A stretch of 64,000 nt of DNA from Sulfurospirillaceae bacterium (GCA_033723415.1 JAWVXD010000007.1:47091-111090); one strand, 5' to 3'; shown: positions 38,620 to 48,832, numbered from the stretch's first letter. Notes: a model not told the origin generated them from the sequence alone. Program-made: numbers and translations.

Positions 38620-39003
38620 TTACCAACCTCTTACTATTGTATGGCAAGCCAGACAATTATTCATAACATTTGCATAAGATTTTGTTGCATCTGCGTATTT
38701 TTTATTTTCAATATTGCTTTTTAACTCTTTTAAATTATGTTGCAAATTTGCATTAATATTTTTAGTTACTTGAATTTTATTATTGTGTGGAATAAAAACA
38801 CTGACATCTACTTTTTTGAAAATTGCATTTGAATTTTCCAATAGATCTATACCTTGTAAAATATTTTTTTCATTATTGTGCATAAATCCGGATTGAACCT
38901 CATTTAACCCTTGATACATCAAGCTCATAGTAGCTGTTATTGTTGTATTGTTTGCTAGTGCAAACACCGAACTAATCGCTAGTGCCAAAACTGTCTTTTT
39001 CAT
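38620..39003 (-). CDS. class II c-type cytochrome (cytochrome c'/c-556-like four-helix bundle)
   Basis: 127 aa with Sec signal MKKTVLALAISSVFALA. The single heme motif CLACH lies 8 residues from the C-terminus, the class II arrangement. Confidence 0.65.
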   Translation of the reverse strand: MKKTVLALAISSVFALANNTTITATMSLMYQGLNEVQSGFMHNNEKNILQGIDLLENSNAIFKKVDVSVFIPHNNKIQVTKNINANLQHNLKELKSNIENKKYADATKSYANVMNNCLACHTIVRGW

Positions 39004-39138
39004 TTGCCCTCCAAATTTAGATTTTTCTTAATAAGCGTTCATATTACACTATTAAATATTAACAAATAATAAAATTGTCACAACTTATTTTTATTATTAC
39101 AATATCGACTATATAGAATTTAGTTTTGTTACAAAATT

Positions 39139-40389
39139 TCAACTATATATGCCAAAGCCTATGGTTGCAAGGCCAAGGAGCAATAGCCACAAGAAGGAGT
39201 GTAGCGTCTTTTTAAAGCCGCCAAACCATAAAGCATATACGGCTTTTAATATATTGTTGCTACCGACAGATATCACGATTGCCGTATATATTTCATGAGC
39301 GCTGATAGCATATTTACCGTTTAGCAAAGATAAGACAAATGGATCTATATCAGTAAAACCTACTATGAAAGAAAGAAATTTCAAACCGGTGATACCGCTA
39401 TGAGTTAAAACAAAATGAGTAGCTACCATCATAAAAAGGAAAAGTATTGCAAATATAAAAGCCGTTCCTAACTCCAAAGGATTTTTATCTTCCATAGTCA
39501 ATGTTTCTGCTGTCTCATTTTTAGATCTGTAGTATATTAAAGCGATCATAAAACTCAAAATCGCAAAAATTAGAAATGGCAAATATATAAATTTTGCTAT
39601 CTCAAAATTAAATATGAATGAAATTGCTATCAATCTGAGATACATCATAGAAGTTGCTCCTATGATCGATGCTGTTATCATTGGATCCACACCAATTTTT
39701 TTGCTTTTTTTCGCAAGTACCACCGTAGTTGCCGTTGATGAATATATCCCGCCTATGAGTCCTGTCAGGAACAAACCTTTTGATTGGAAGATGTATTTTT
39801 GCGCAATATAACCACCATATGATATACCGGATATGACAACGACGGAGAGCCAAATTTTAAAAGGAGAAAGAGGAACATAAGGTATGACATTTTTAGTAGG
39901 TAATAGTGGAAGTATAACAGCAGAAAGCAGAACCATCTTTCCAAGTGTTTCAAATTCGTATGCATCTACTCCCGTTGTAAAATTCAAAATACTCTGCTTT
40001 GCATTTAAGACAAACACGATCAAAACGAATACTAAAGAACTCATCCAAAGAGGGTACATATCTGTCATAGGACCAAAAGTATAAACAAGCAACATAACGA
40101 TATATAGCAAAATACTATGCTTACCGTTTGCAAGAGCTTTGTTATAAAACAGCATATAAAGCATAGTGAAGCCTAGCATTCCCACTATATATACACTCAA
40201 ATAATCAACATCTATCTTATAAAATATAAAACCCAATATACCAATAAATGTAAATGTTCTAGCCGTTCCCATAAAATACTGCGTTGATTCACTGTGAAAC
40301 TTCAATCTATACGCTTTTATTTCAAGCCCGATTAGAAAACTAAATACAACAGTTAATGCAAAGTGTGTCAAATCTGAATTAAAAGTCAT
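39139..40389 (-). CDS. MgtC/SapB-family plus DUF4010 integral membrane protein
   Basis: 416 aa and highly hydrophobic. The N-terminal FLIGLEIKAYR...GTARTFTFIG matches the MgtC GlE.e...aG.RT pattern. It overlaps ppk2 by 4 nt. Confidence 0.65.
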   Translation of the reverse strand: MTFNSDLTHFALTVVFSFLIGLEIKAYRLKFHSESTQYFMGTARTFTFIGILGFIFYKIDVDYLSVYIVGMLGFTMLYMLFYNKALANGKHSILLYIVMLLVYTFGPMTDMYPLWMSSLVFVLIVFVLNAKQSILNFTTGVDAYEFETLGKMVLLSAVILPLLPTKNVIPYVPLSPFKIWLSVVVISGISYGGYIAQKYIFQSKGLFLTGLIGGIYSSTATTVVLAKKSKKIGVDPMITASIIGATSMMYLRLIAISFIFNFEIAKFIYLPFLIFAILSFMIALIYYRSKNETAETLTMEDKNPLELGTAFIFAILFLFMMVATHFVLTHSGITGLKFLSFIVGFTDIDPFVLSLLNGKYAISAHEIYTAIVISVGSNNILKAVYALWFGGFKKTLHSFLWLLLLGLATIGFGIYS

Positions 40390-41144
40390 TTTGATATTAG
40401 TCCTTTTTCATAACATATAGGATCAAACATACAAACTACGTCATGATCATATACCAACAGTTTGTCATCTTTTCCCTCATAATCTACATGGCTCAAAAAG
40501 TGTTTAATTGTATTGATTCTTGCATCTCTTTTATCGTCTGTATGCACTATATACCAAGGAGCAAAAACAAAAGATGTTTTTTCAAACATTTCATCTCTGG
40601 TCTTTGAGTATTCATTCCAATATTTTTGCGACTGCTCATCGATCGAGCTTAATTTCCACTGCTTTAGAGGATCTTCTCTCCTGTCTTCCAAGCGCTTTTT
40701 TTGTTCATGTTTTGAAATATCAAGATAATACTTAAAGAAAATCATTCCAGAGTGTGTCAACATATGTTCAAAACTGCCGACTTCCTCTAAAAATCTTTTT
40801 TGATCTCTTTTGCTGGAAAAGCCCATCACCTTTTCTACTCCGGCTCGATTGTACCAACTTCTATTAAAAAAAACTATCTCTTGATTACTTGGAAGATGAG
40901 GTACAAAACGTTGAAAATACCAAGATCTTAAATCCTTGCGAGAGGGAATGCCAAGGGCAACGATCCTAGCTTCTCTTGGACTTAGATGTTCTATAAATCT
41001 TTTGATAACTCCATCTTTGCCTGCACTATCACGTCCCTCAAAAATGATACAAACTTTTAAGTTTTTTTTGATGATCTCTTTTTGAAATTTTACAAGTTGA
41101 ACTTGTAAATCATACAACTCTTTTTTATATCTGCTCTTTTCCAT
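40386..41144 (-). CDS. ppk2: polyphosphate kinase 2 (single-domain PPK2)
   Basis: Walker A motif FEGRDSAGKDG, with PPK2 blocks YFQRF..HLP, FNRSWYNRAGVE and W.L...D. 252 aa. Confidence 0.88.
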   Translation of the reverse strand: MEKSRYKKELYDLQVQLVKFQKEIIKKNLKVCIIFEGRDSAGKDGVIKRFIEHLSPREARIVALGIPSRKDLRSWYFQRFVPHLPSNQEIVFFNRSWYNRAGVEKVMGFSSKRDQKRFLEEVGSFEHMLTHSGMIFFKYYLDISKHEQKKRLEDRREDPLKQWKLSSIDEQSQKYWNEYSKTRDEMFEKTSFVFAPWYIVHTDDKRDARINTIKHFLSHVDYEGKDDKLLVYDHDVVCMFDPICYEKGLISK

Positions 41145-41195
41145 AGAGAACCTCCCAGCTTAAATTATATTTTAATTTGTACCTTCTATATAAAT

Positions 41196-43754
41196 TTATA
41201 TCGCTTCAATATTATATCTTTTTCTGTAATATTTCAAAACACCCATTTTCACAATATCATTAAACATAAACCAAACAAATGCATATCCCCAAGCTATCAA
41301 AACCCACTTGAAAGAGATAGCAGGTATGAGTCCAAATCCGTACAGTGAGAAAACAGATCCTGCAATGGCACTCAAAATCGATGCACTCAACAGTCTTTTT
41401 GACGGAAACGGTTTTTTAAAAAACCAATCATCTATACGGGTATTAAACAGTGTTCCATGCCCTGCTACTATGAGCTTAGTAAAAAATATACTTTGTATCA
41501 AATTCAAAGGCAGATGCAAGATAGACATCAATATCCAAAACAATACAAAAGACGACAATACCCCTGCCAAACCAAGCCATGATGATAGTATAAAAACTTC
41601 TTTGACATCCCATCTCACCGGTTTTTCTCTAGCTTTTGTATTATCATAGGCGATGGTCATGATAGGGATGTCGTTTAGTAGTGCCAGCAAGATAATCATT
41701 ACAGCCGTCAATGGATAAAAATTGTAAATGACGATTGCTAATGTCATGAAGATAATCACACGGATAGTCTCTGCAATTCGGTAGATCGTATAGCTTTTCA
41801 TACGTTCAAAGATCTCCCTGGCGATCGTGATAGCTTCAATGATCACACCAAGCCCCGGAGCTAACAGCACGATATCGGCACTCGCTCTTGCTGCATCGGT
41901 TGCACCGCTCACCGCAATACCGCAATCTGCTTTTTTGAGTGCGGGTGCATCATTGACTCCATCACCAGTCATCCCTACGATATGATTGGCTTTTTGTAGT
42001 TTGTCAACGATAAAGTATTTGTCTTCAGGAAAGACTTGGGCAAAACCATCCGCCTTTTCTATGAGTTCTACGATTTCGGATTCATGTTTTTTGACGGCTC
42101 CTTTCGGAATCGGCATATTGTAAAGTTCTTTTTGCACTTTTTGCATGATTTCTTTGACGATTCCATCCACCTCTTCTTTCGTAGCATTCGTATGATTGGA
42201 TTCTGTGATTGCCTGTGCTATAACTTTTGAAAGATATAGATACTCTTCAATAGATTCTCCATTCAAAGTGTGCATATTTTCGATCTTCTCGCCGATTCCC
42301 AGGATGCTTGAGATGTATTTTGCCACGGCACTGTTGTCGCCGGTCACCATTTTAACATCAACGCCTTTTGCCTGAGCCTCTTGGATCGATTGTTTTGAAT
42401 CAGTACGAGGAGGATCAAAAAGCGGGATTAACCCGACAAAATGATAGATCTCTTCTTCTCCGTTTCGATATGCAACACCCAATGTTCTAAAACCTTTGGA
42501 TGCAAATATTTCGACCTCTTGATATGCTTTTGATTTATCAAACTCTTTATCGTCACACTGTTCTATGATGATCTGAGGTGCGCCTTTTGTTAGGACAAAT
42601 TCACGATTAGATCCATCATAAATTCCCTCGGTTCTTTTATGAACAGGATCAAACGGCAAGAACTTCTTCATCTTGTAAGATGCAAATTTTTCCCTGAGTT
42701 CATTTTTATCAATATAGTCAAATATCGGAGCTTCTATCGGATCTTTATTCTCTTCTTTGCTTGAGAGTGCCGCATAAAGCATCAGATCTTCCTCGGTAAA
42801 ATCATTGACAAGATATGACTCACTCAGCGACATTTTGTTTTGTGTCAAGGTTCCTGTTTTATCAGAACACAGTATCGTCATGCCTGCCAACTCTTCTATG
42901 GAAGCCAAGCGACTGACGATCACCTCTTTTGCCGAAAGCACTCTGGCACCTATCGCCATGGTAACGGTCAAAACTGCGGGCATTGCTACTGGAATCGCAG
43001 AGATGGTCAACACCAAAGCAAAGATCAATAGCTCGACCGGAGGTTCATGAGCTCTTATCCCGTGAAATAGGATTATCGCAATCATCACTAATGTTAAAAT
43101 GATCAGAAAATTACCGACTTTAAGCACCATCTTTTGGAAGTGACTGATCTCTTCTCTTTGTGCTTTTGCAACCAATCCCACGGTCTTCCCAAAATAGGTA
43201 TTTTTACCGGTTGCCGTTACTTGTGCTAGCATTTCGCCTTGTTTTATGATCGCATTGGCATACAGTGCATCACCGCTTTTTTTATGTACGGGAAGCGATT
43301 CTCCGGTGAGTGCGGATTGATCTACGAGAAGAAATTCATCTTCTCCCAGCATAATCACGTCTGCTGGAACAATGTCACCGATCTTTAATTTTATAATATC
43401 TTTCGGGACGACATTTTTAGCATCAATAGATTGCCACTTACCGTCTCTTAAGACTAAAGCCCTCCTCGCCAATTTATTTTTAAGTACTGAAATAGCACTG
43501 AGAGCTTTTGCTTCTTGATAAAAATCTACTATTGCATTTACTAACAACAGCAATCCGATAATTGCGAAATCCTCCCATTTTTTGGCAATTGCAGAAAGAA
43601 TAAATGCGGCTTCTATCATCCATGGGATCGGGCCCCAAAATCTTCTAAAAAGCCTATGTTGCCAACTTTCTGATTTTTCATCAATAGCATTTGGTCCGAA
43701 TTCTTTCAATAATTCATAAACTTGAGAAGAAGAAAGTCCTTTTGCACTTAACAT
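41196..43754 (-). CDS. P-type ATPase, P3A (plasma-membrane H+-ATPase-like) subfamily
   Basis: Core motifs TGES, CSDKTGTLT, TGDN and MTGDGVNDAPALKKAD. The N-terminus GLSSSQVYELLKEFGPNAIDEK..FWGPIPWMIEAA, TM4 IPVAMPAVLTVTMAIGA and TM6 LLALLNDIPIMTIAYD resemble plant/fungal AHA/PMA pumps rather than MgtA/B. Confidence 0.8.
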   Translation of the reverse strand: MLSAKGLSSSQVYELLKEFGPNAIDEKSESWQHRLFRRFWGPIPWMIEAAFILSAIAKKWEDFAIIGLLLLVNAIVDFYQEAKALSAISVLKNKLARRALVLRDGKWQSIDAKNVVPKDIIKLKIGDIVPADVIMLGEDEFLLVDQSALTGESLPVHKKSGDALYANAIIKQGEMLAQVTATGKNTYFGKTVGLVAKAQREEISHFQKMVLKVGNFLIILTLVMIAIILFHGIRAHEPPVELLIFALVLTISAIPVAMPAVLTVTMAIGARVLSAKEVIVSRLASIEELAGMTILCSDKTGTLTQNKMSLSESYLVNDFTEEDLMLYAALSSKEENKDPIEAPIFDYIDKNELREKFASYKMKKFLPFDPVHKRTEGIYDGSNREFVLTKGAPQIIIEQCDDKEFDKSKAYQEVEIFASKGFRTLGVAYRNGEEEIYHFVGLIPLFDPPRTDSKQSIQEAQAKGVDVKMVTGDNSAVAKYISSILGIGEKIENMHTLNGESIEEYLYLSKVIAQAITESNHTNATKEEVDGIVKEIMQKVQKELYNMPIPKGAVKKHESEIVELIEKADGFAQVFPEDKYFIVDKLQKANHIVGMTGDGVNDAPALKKADCGIAVSGATDAARASADIVLLAPGLGVIIEAITIAREIFERMKSYTIYRIAETIRVIIFMTLAIVIYNFYPLTAVMIILLALLNDIPIMTIAYDNTKAREKPVRWDVKEVFILSSWLGLAGVLSSFVLFWILMSILHLPLNLIQSIFFTKLIVAGHGTLFNTRIDDWFFKKPFPSKRLLSASILSAIAGSVFSLYGFGLIPAISFKWVLIAWGYAFVWFMFNDIVKMGVLKYYRKRYNIEAI

Positions 43755-43785
43755 ATGCTACTCCTATTGAAGTTTTCTTTATTTA

Positions 43786-43794
43786 GTTATATCA
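43786..43794 (-). promoter_or_regulatory. extended -10-like box TGATATAAC for the ATPase-ppk2-mgtC-like operon
   Basis: Lies on the minus strand about 32 nt upstream of the ATG at 43754, with AGGAG between. It sits in the 57-nt gap after the upstream ABC-2 gene. Confidence 0.35.
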
Positions 43795-43811
43795 CTTACG
43801 TATTAATAAAT

Positions 43812-44894
43812 TTAAAACAATTTGCCGATTTTTCTAAATCCGAACCAATAAAGGAAAATCCCTATCATCAATACACCGCTAAAATACGGCAGCAGATCGA
43901 TCAATGAACTTCCTCTGAAAAATATACTTTCACTCCCTTCTATATAGTATCTAAGAGGTGAGATAACAGACAGATACCTCAAAAATGGATTCATCGCATA
44001 AACCGGTGTCCATGCACCGCTTAAAAAAATGATCGGCATCATGATAACGATAGAGAGTTGTGCTACCTGTATGATGGATTTTGATATAGAAGCTATAAAC
44101 AAACCAATACCTGCAGTCGTTGCAACATAGCAAAACGTGAGCACGAAAAAACTCAACAATGAGCCATTAAGCGGTATATCAAACTCATGAAACAGAATCA
44201 ATCCCACACTTAAAAAAACTCCCATCATTACTATAAATACCTGAGACAAGCTCTTAGCCAAAATGATTATCTTTGGATTTACCGGCATCAAAAGCATGAT
44301 ATCCCAAGTTCCGCTCTCTTTCTCTTTTACAAATACCATCGCACTTAATATTACCGAAAAAAGAGTTATTACTGAGAGCAGTTCACTTAAAGACATAAAA
44401 AGCTTCGTATCAGCGTTTTGATTGAAAAGTTTATGGATTTTTAATGTAATCGGAGCATTTGATTTATTGAAGTTCATGACAATATTGCGTATATACGAGA
44501 TCGCCATAAGAGACTGCGAGGCTGCTGTACTATCTATCAAGATATTGATCTTTGGATGTTGTGCGTTATAATAATTTTTTTCAAAATCAGCATCAAAGAT
44601 CAACCCCACCATAATCTCTTTATTATAAATCGCTTGACTTAATTCTCTTTGTGATTTAAAATACTTCGGCGTTTTAAACTCTGGTCTGTGAAGATTTGAA
44701 ATAATTTTTTTACTGATTCCCTGTGCGCTTTTATCAACTACGGCTACGGCTACATTTTTTGCTTCCACTTCCATACCGTTTCCTGCAACATAAACTTCTG
44801 CTGTAAAAAAATATACGACCATCAATACCAGCCCAAGGGATCTAAAAAAGCCTAAAATTTCTTTGAAGAATATGGCAAAAAATACTTTCATCAT
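43812..44894 (-). CDS. ABC-2 type transporter permease (YbhR/YbhS-like)
   Basis: 360 aa. It has an N-terminal TM helix, a large extracytoplasmic loop and five C-terminal TM helices. It overlaps the preceding permease gene by 4 nt. Confidence 0.8.
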   Translation of the reverse strand: MMKVFFAIFFKEILGFFRSLGLVLMVVYFFTAEVYVAGNGMEVEAKNVAVAVVDKSAQGISKKIISNLHRPEFKTPKYFKSQRELSQAIYNKEIMVGLIFDADFEKNYYNAQHPKINILIDSTAASQSLMAISYIRNIVMNFNKSNAPITLKIHKLFNQNADTKLFMSLSELLSVITLFSVILSAMVFVKEKESGTWDIMLLMPVNPKIIILAKSLSQVFIVMMGVFLSVGLILFHEFDIPLNGSLLSFFVLTFCYVATTAGIGLFIASISKSIIQVAQLSIVIMMPIIFLSGAWTPVYAMNPFLRYLSVISPLRYYIEGSESIFFRGSSLIDLLPYFSGVLMIGIFLYWFGFRKIGKLF

Positions 44895-46000
44895 CTAGTC
44901 TCTTTTTTAAGTAAAAATAGCCCAAGCAAATATAATACAACTGCGTAAGCGCATAAAAATACAAGATATGTAACAACTTTGGACGAGCTAAAACCCTGAC
45001 CTATCAAAAATGCATCATAAACAATATGATTATAATACATAACAGGATAAATATGAGCTATAATATAAGCGCTCCCACTCATAGAACTGATGGGCATAAG
45101 CATTCCAGAATATAAAAATCCCGGCAAGATCGTAAACATCAAACTCAAAATTACAGCTACTATCTGTGAAGATGCGATTATAGAAACCAAAAGTCCAAAA
45201 CACAATGATATCATGATATAAACTTCGCTGCTAAGCCAATATAGAAAGAAACTGCCCCTAAAAGGCAAGTTGAACAAATACGATGCTACTAGGAAGAGTA
45301 TAAAGATATTTAAGGTTTGAAGGCAAAATACAGATGATAGTTTTGCACTCAAAAATTCTTGCTTTGTAACGCTTGATGAGTAAAAATTAAAAATAGTACC
45401 TTTTTCTTTTTCTCTTGCTATTAAGAGTGCGGTCAATATAGCCGGTGAAACAAATAACACTAATCCCAAAAGTCCAGGTACCACCATCTCTGCATCTCTT
45501 AGCGATTGATTAAACATGTTTCTCGTGTCTAGGCTGATAGAATTTGGTTTGACCATCTTAAAATCGTCTGCCAACGAAAATACCACACCTTGGATATAAG
45601 CATCTATCGTAGAAGCACGAGAGGGAAATGATCCATCCACAAATACGCCCAACTCGCTTTTATATCCTTTCAAAACATTTTTTTCAAAAGAGGAAGGTAT
45701 GATGATCACAACATCTTCTTTGGCTTTTTTGATAAGCTCCATTGCTTGTTTTTCACTGAGATTTAAAACACTTGAATTAAAATATTTTGAATGTTCAAAC
45801 TTTGATATCAGCGTTCTAGAAATATTTGAATTATCGTGGTCTATTATCAAAACTCTAGCTCCGGTTACTTGCATCTTTATACCAAATCCAAACAAAACAA
45901 CGATGATGAGCGGCATCAATAAAGGCATCAATATCACTCTAGTTCTGATAAGTTCCAAAATTTCTTTTATAAAATATGCTTTTATGACTCTAAGTCTCAT
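44891..46000 (-). CDS. ABC-2 type transporter permease (YbhS/YbhR-like)
   Basis: 369 aa with the same topology as its neighbour. It overlaps the ATPase gene by 11 nt. Confidence 0.8.
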   Translation of the reverse strand: MRLRVIKAYFIKEILELIRTRVILMPLLMPLIIVVLFGFGIKMQVTGARVLIIDHDNSNISRTLISKFEHSKYFNSSVLNLSEKQAMELIKKAKEDVVIIIPSSFEKNVLKGYKSELGVFVDGSFPSRASTIDAYIQGVVFSLADDFKMVKPNSISLDTRNMFNQSLRDAEMVVPGLLGLVLFVSPAILTALLIAREKEKGTIFNFYSSSVTKQEFLSAKLSSVFCLQTLNIFILFLVASYLFNLPFRGSFFLYWLSSEVYIMISLCFGLLVSIIASSQIVAVILSLMFTILPGFLYSGMLMPISSMSGSAYIIAHIYPVMYYNHIVYDAFLIGQGFSSSKVVTYLVFLCAYAVVLYLLGLFLLKKETR

Positions 46001-47624
46001 CCGGGACTACCTTATAATAATCTAAAAATATATTTTCAAAATCTTTTGCTTCAGGATGCTTTTTATAAAGTTCTTTTACACTGTCATCAGCTATTTTTTC
46101 TCCATCTTTTAGAAGAACGACTCTATCACAATATTCCGCCTCGCTCATGTAGTGAGTCGTAATCAAGATAGATATGTTTCTATTTTTCTTCAAAATATCA
46201 AGAAGCTCCCAAAACTGAGCTCTGGCTATCGCATCGACCCCGCTTGTAGGCTCATCCAAGAAAAGGACTACTGGATCATGTAAAAGAGCAACCGAGAGTG
46301 AAAATCTTTGATTTATGCCAAGAGGGAGATCTTTTGGCATATCATCTAAGTATTTGTCAAATCCCAATTCTTTCGAATATTTTTCGATCAATCCAAGGGC
46401 TGTTTCTCTTTTGATTTTATGCATAGAAGAAAAGAAAAGCATATTTTCTTTGACACTCATATCATTATAAAGAGCAAAATGCTGACTTACATATCCTATC
46501 TTCTCTTTTAATTCTATTCTATCTTCTATATTTTTGATATTTTTGTTTAGTAAAAACAATTCACCTGAGTCTATAGGAATAAGTCCTAGCAACATCTTTA
46601 TAAAAGTTGTTTTACCTGCTCCATTTGCACCTAAAAGTCCAAGTATTTCTCCTCTTCTTAGCTCCAAATCAATATCTTTGTTGGCTACAAAATTCCCAAA
46701 AACCTTGGTTAATTTACTTGCCCTCATAACAACACTGTCCATATTTTGATTAGTATGGTTTTTAGAAATTTCCAATTTTGGCAATAGTGTGTTTTTTTTC
46801 AAAGCATTTGTAAAAAAAAGTGCTTCAAGAGTTGGTTTTTTATGTGTCGTTTGCAGTACCTTTAAAGAATAAGTCGTATCAAGAACCGTAATAATAGAAT
46901 CAGAATCATCTTCTACTTTTTCATATACAAAAGGCTCTACAAGTGCTAACAACTCTTTGTTATTACCTTTTGCTATAACTTCACCGTTATCAAATAAAAG
47001 GATTTGATCCATCTTGGAAGCTTCTTGCATATAGGCCGTACTGATGATAGAGATCGTTCCAAAATCTTGGGAGTTTTGTTTCAATATCTTCCATAATTCA
47101 AGTCGACTCAATGGATCTACCCCGGTTGTAGGCTCATCTAAAATCAGTAAAGAAGGTCGATGCAGCATTGTACAAACTAGTGAGAGTTTTTGCATCATCC
47201 CTCCACTTAGGTTTTCCACCCTCCTTTCTAAAAACTTTTCTAATCCTGCCATGACTAACAAATGCTCTTTGTAATCTATAAAATCTTTATCAATCTTGAT
47301 GTTTTTTATATCAGTAAAAAAGTTCAAATGCTCTTGCACACTTAATGTATTGTATAAAACAAGTCCGATACCTTGAGGCATATAGCCGATATTTACTTTA
47401 ATTTTTTCTGATTCTTTGGGACTTGTAAAAGTTGTATCTTTATATGTTATACTGCCGCTAAAATCAATGACTCCGGCAATTGCATTTAGAGCGGAACTTT
47501 TACCTGCACCATCTGCTCCTATAAAACCTATAATATCACCGGTATTAGCTTCAAAATTTAGTTTATGTATAGCAGTCTTTTTTTTATGTTCTACTTTTAA
47601 ATCCCGAATACTAAGGGTAGCCAT
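45990..47624 (-). CDS. ABC transporter ATPase with two fused nucleotide-binding domains (YbhF-like)
   Basis: NBD1 has GADGAGKSS, LSGGMMQKLSL and LLILDEPTTGVD. NBD2 has GANGAGKTT, a degenerate signature LPLGINQRFSL and VLFLDEPTSGVD. As far as I recall, the LPLG..QR form also occurs in E. coli YbhF. Confidence 0.85.
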   Translation of the reverse strand: MATLSIRDLKVEHKKKTAIHKLNFEANTGDIIGFIGADGAGKSSALNAIAGVIDFSGSITYKDTTFTSPKESEKIKVNIGYMPQGIGLVLYNTLSVQEHLNFFTDIKNIKIDKDFIDYKEHLLVMAGLEKFLERRVENLSGGMMQKLSLVCTMLHRPSLLILDEPTTGVDPLSRLELWKILKQNSQDFGTISIISTAYMQEASKMDQILLFDNGEVIAKGNNKELLALVEPFVYEKVEDDSDSIITVLDTTYSLKVLQTTHKKPTLEALFFTNALKKNTLLPKLEISKNHTNQNMDSVVMRASKLTKVFGNFVANKDIDLELRRGEILGLLGANGAGKTTFIKMLLGLIPIDSGELFLLNKNIKNIEDRIELKEKIGYVSQHFALYNDMSVKENMLFFSSMHKIKRETALGLIEKYSKELGFDKYLDDMPKDLPLGINQRFSLSVALLHDPVVLFLDEPTSGVDAIARAQFWELLDILKKNRNISILITTHYMSEAEYCDRVVLLKDGEKIADDSVKELYKKHPEAKDFENIFLDYYKVVPDET

Positions 47625-47627
47625 ATC

Positions 47628-48830
47628 CTATATCTTTGGAATATCATTTAAACTTTTTGGCAATATTGCACCGTCTATACTCACAACACCGATAGCAGGA
47701 ATTCCCAATTTTAAGATAGGGTTATATTTGAGAGGTCTTACATGAATAGCATATACTCTTTGTATTCTATCACTTCTTACGCTGACATCTTTAGGCGTAA
47801 ACTCAGCTTTTGCTGCAATTGCAGTGACAGTAGCGGGAATAGGTTTATTTGGATAAGCATCCAAAAAGATAACAGCCTTATCACCTAATTTGATCCTTCC
47901 GTTATCCATAGTATCAATAAATAATTTAAGATAGTAACTATTTGTATCACTAACGGTAACAACCACGCTTCCGGCTCCTACTACTTCTCCTTCATTTGCT
48001 ATTTTTTCTACCACAAATCCATTGACGGGAGATTTTATAGTCAATTCATCTATCATGGCTTGAACTTCATCCTTGGATGCTGCTAGCTGACTTATTTTAT
48101 TTCCAAGAGAAGAATATTTTGTTTGTGATACTGTTATATTTTGTTTTGATATATTGATCTTTTCTAGATTATCTTGTTCGATCTCTAGTAAACTTTGAGC
48201 AATATTAATATCATTTAGGATTTTTTCTCGCCCTATTTTCAATGTTTTAAGTTCATTTGCAGTAGTTTTATACTTTAACTCCTGCAATTCAAATCTTTCA
48301 TCGCTTATCATTTTGGACGCATACAGCTTTCTATATCGTTTATAATCTTTTTTGTCCTGTTCAAAGCCAAGATTTAGTTTTGATATCTGTAAATTAAAAC
48401 TTGCAAGTCTATTTTTTAAATTTTTTAAATTTTCTGTTTTTATCGCTACGAGTTTCGGTAGTGTTTTTTCTAGTAGTTTTAAAGAAAGTTGCTGTGAATC
48501 GATAGACTGCAAAAATGACAATCTCTCTTTGCGTAGGCTCAAAATCGCTTCTTCAATACTGGATTTTTTATTGTATAACTCTTTTGATCTCAGCTTTGCT
48601 ATATCTTCTCCAACCCTTATAGAATCTCCCTCCTTAACATAAATCTTGCTGACTCTGGCAGGATATTTCGTATTTAATAAAATTAGATCACCATCTATCC
48701 TACCACTACTAGCAATGAGATTTTCAGGCAACTTTTTGGGATTTATTTTCACATAAATAAAATATGCCGAGACAACCAATAATAAAAAAACGATAACAAA
48801 ACCGATGTACTTTTTTACTACATTTAACAT
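47628..48830 (-). CDS. HlyD-family periplasmic adaptor (YbhG-like)
   Basis: N-terminal TM anchor, lipoyl-like halves (GRIDGD...VKEGDSIRVGEDI and SPVNGFVVEKIANEGEVV) flanking a long coiled coil, then a beta-barrel domain. 400 aa. Confidence 0.85.
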   Translation of the reverse strand: MLNVVKKYIGFVIVFLLLVVSAYFIYVKINPKKLPENLIASSGRIDGDLILLNTKYPARVSKIYVKEGDSIRVGEDIAKLRSKELYNKKSSIEEAILSLRKERLSFLQSIDSQQLSLKLLEKTLPKLVAIKTENLKNLKNRLASFNLQISKLNLGFEQDKKDYKRYRKLYASKMISDERFELQELKYKTTANELKTLKIGREKILNDINIAQSLLEIEQDNLEKINISKQNITVSQTKYSSLGNKISQLAASKDEVQAMIDELTIKSPVNGFVVEKIANEGEVVGAGSVVVTVSDTNSYYLKLFIDTMDNGRIKLGDKAVIFLDAYPNKPIPATVTAIAAKAEFTPKDVSVRSDRIQRVYAIHVRPLKYNPILKLGIPAIGVVSIDGAILPKSLNDIPKI

Positions 48831-48832
48831 AC

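Noticed and set aside
45990-47624. The degenerate second ABC signature (LPLGINQRFSL) as evidence of a novel asymmetric ATPase.
   Set aside because: As far as I recall, the same LPLG..QR variant is present in NBD2 of E. coli YbhF. It is therefore probably a family trait that supports the YbhF-like call, not a novelty. An alignment with YbhF would settle it.
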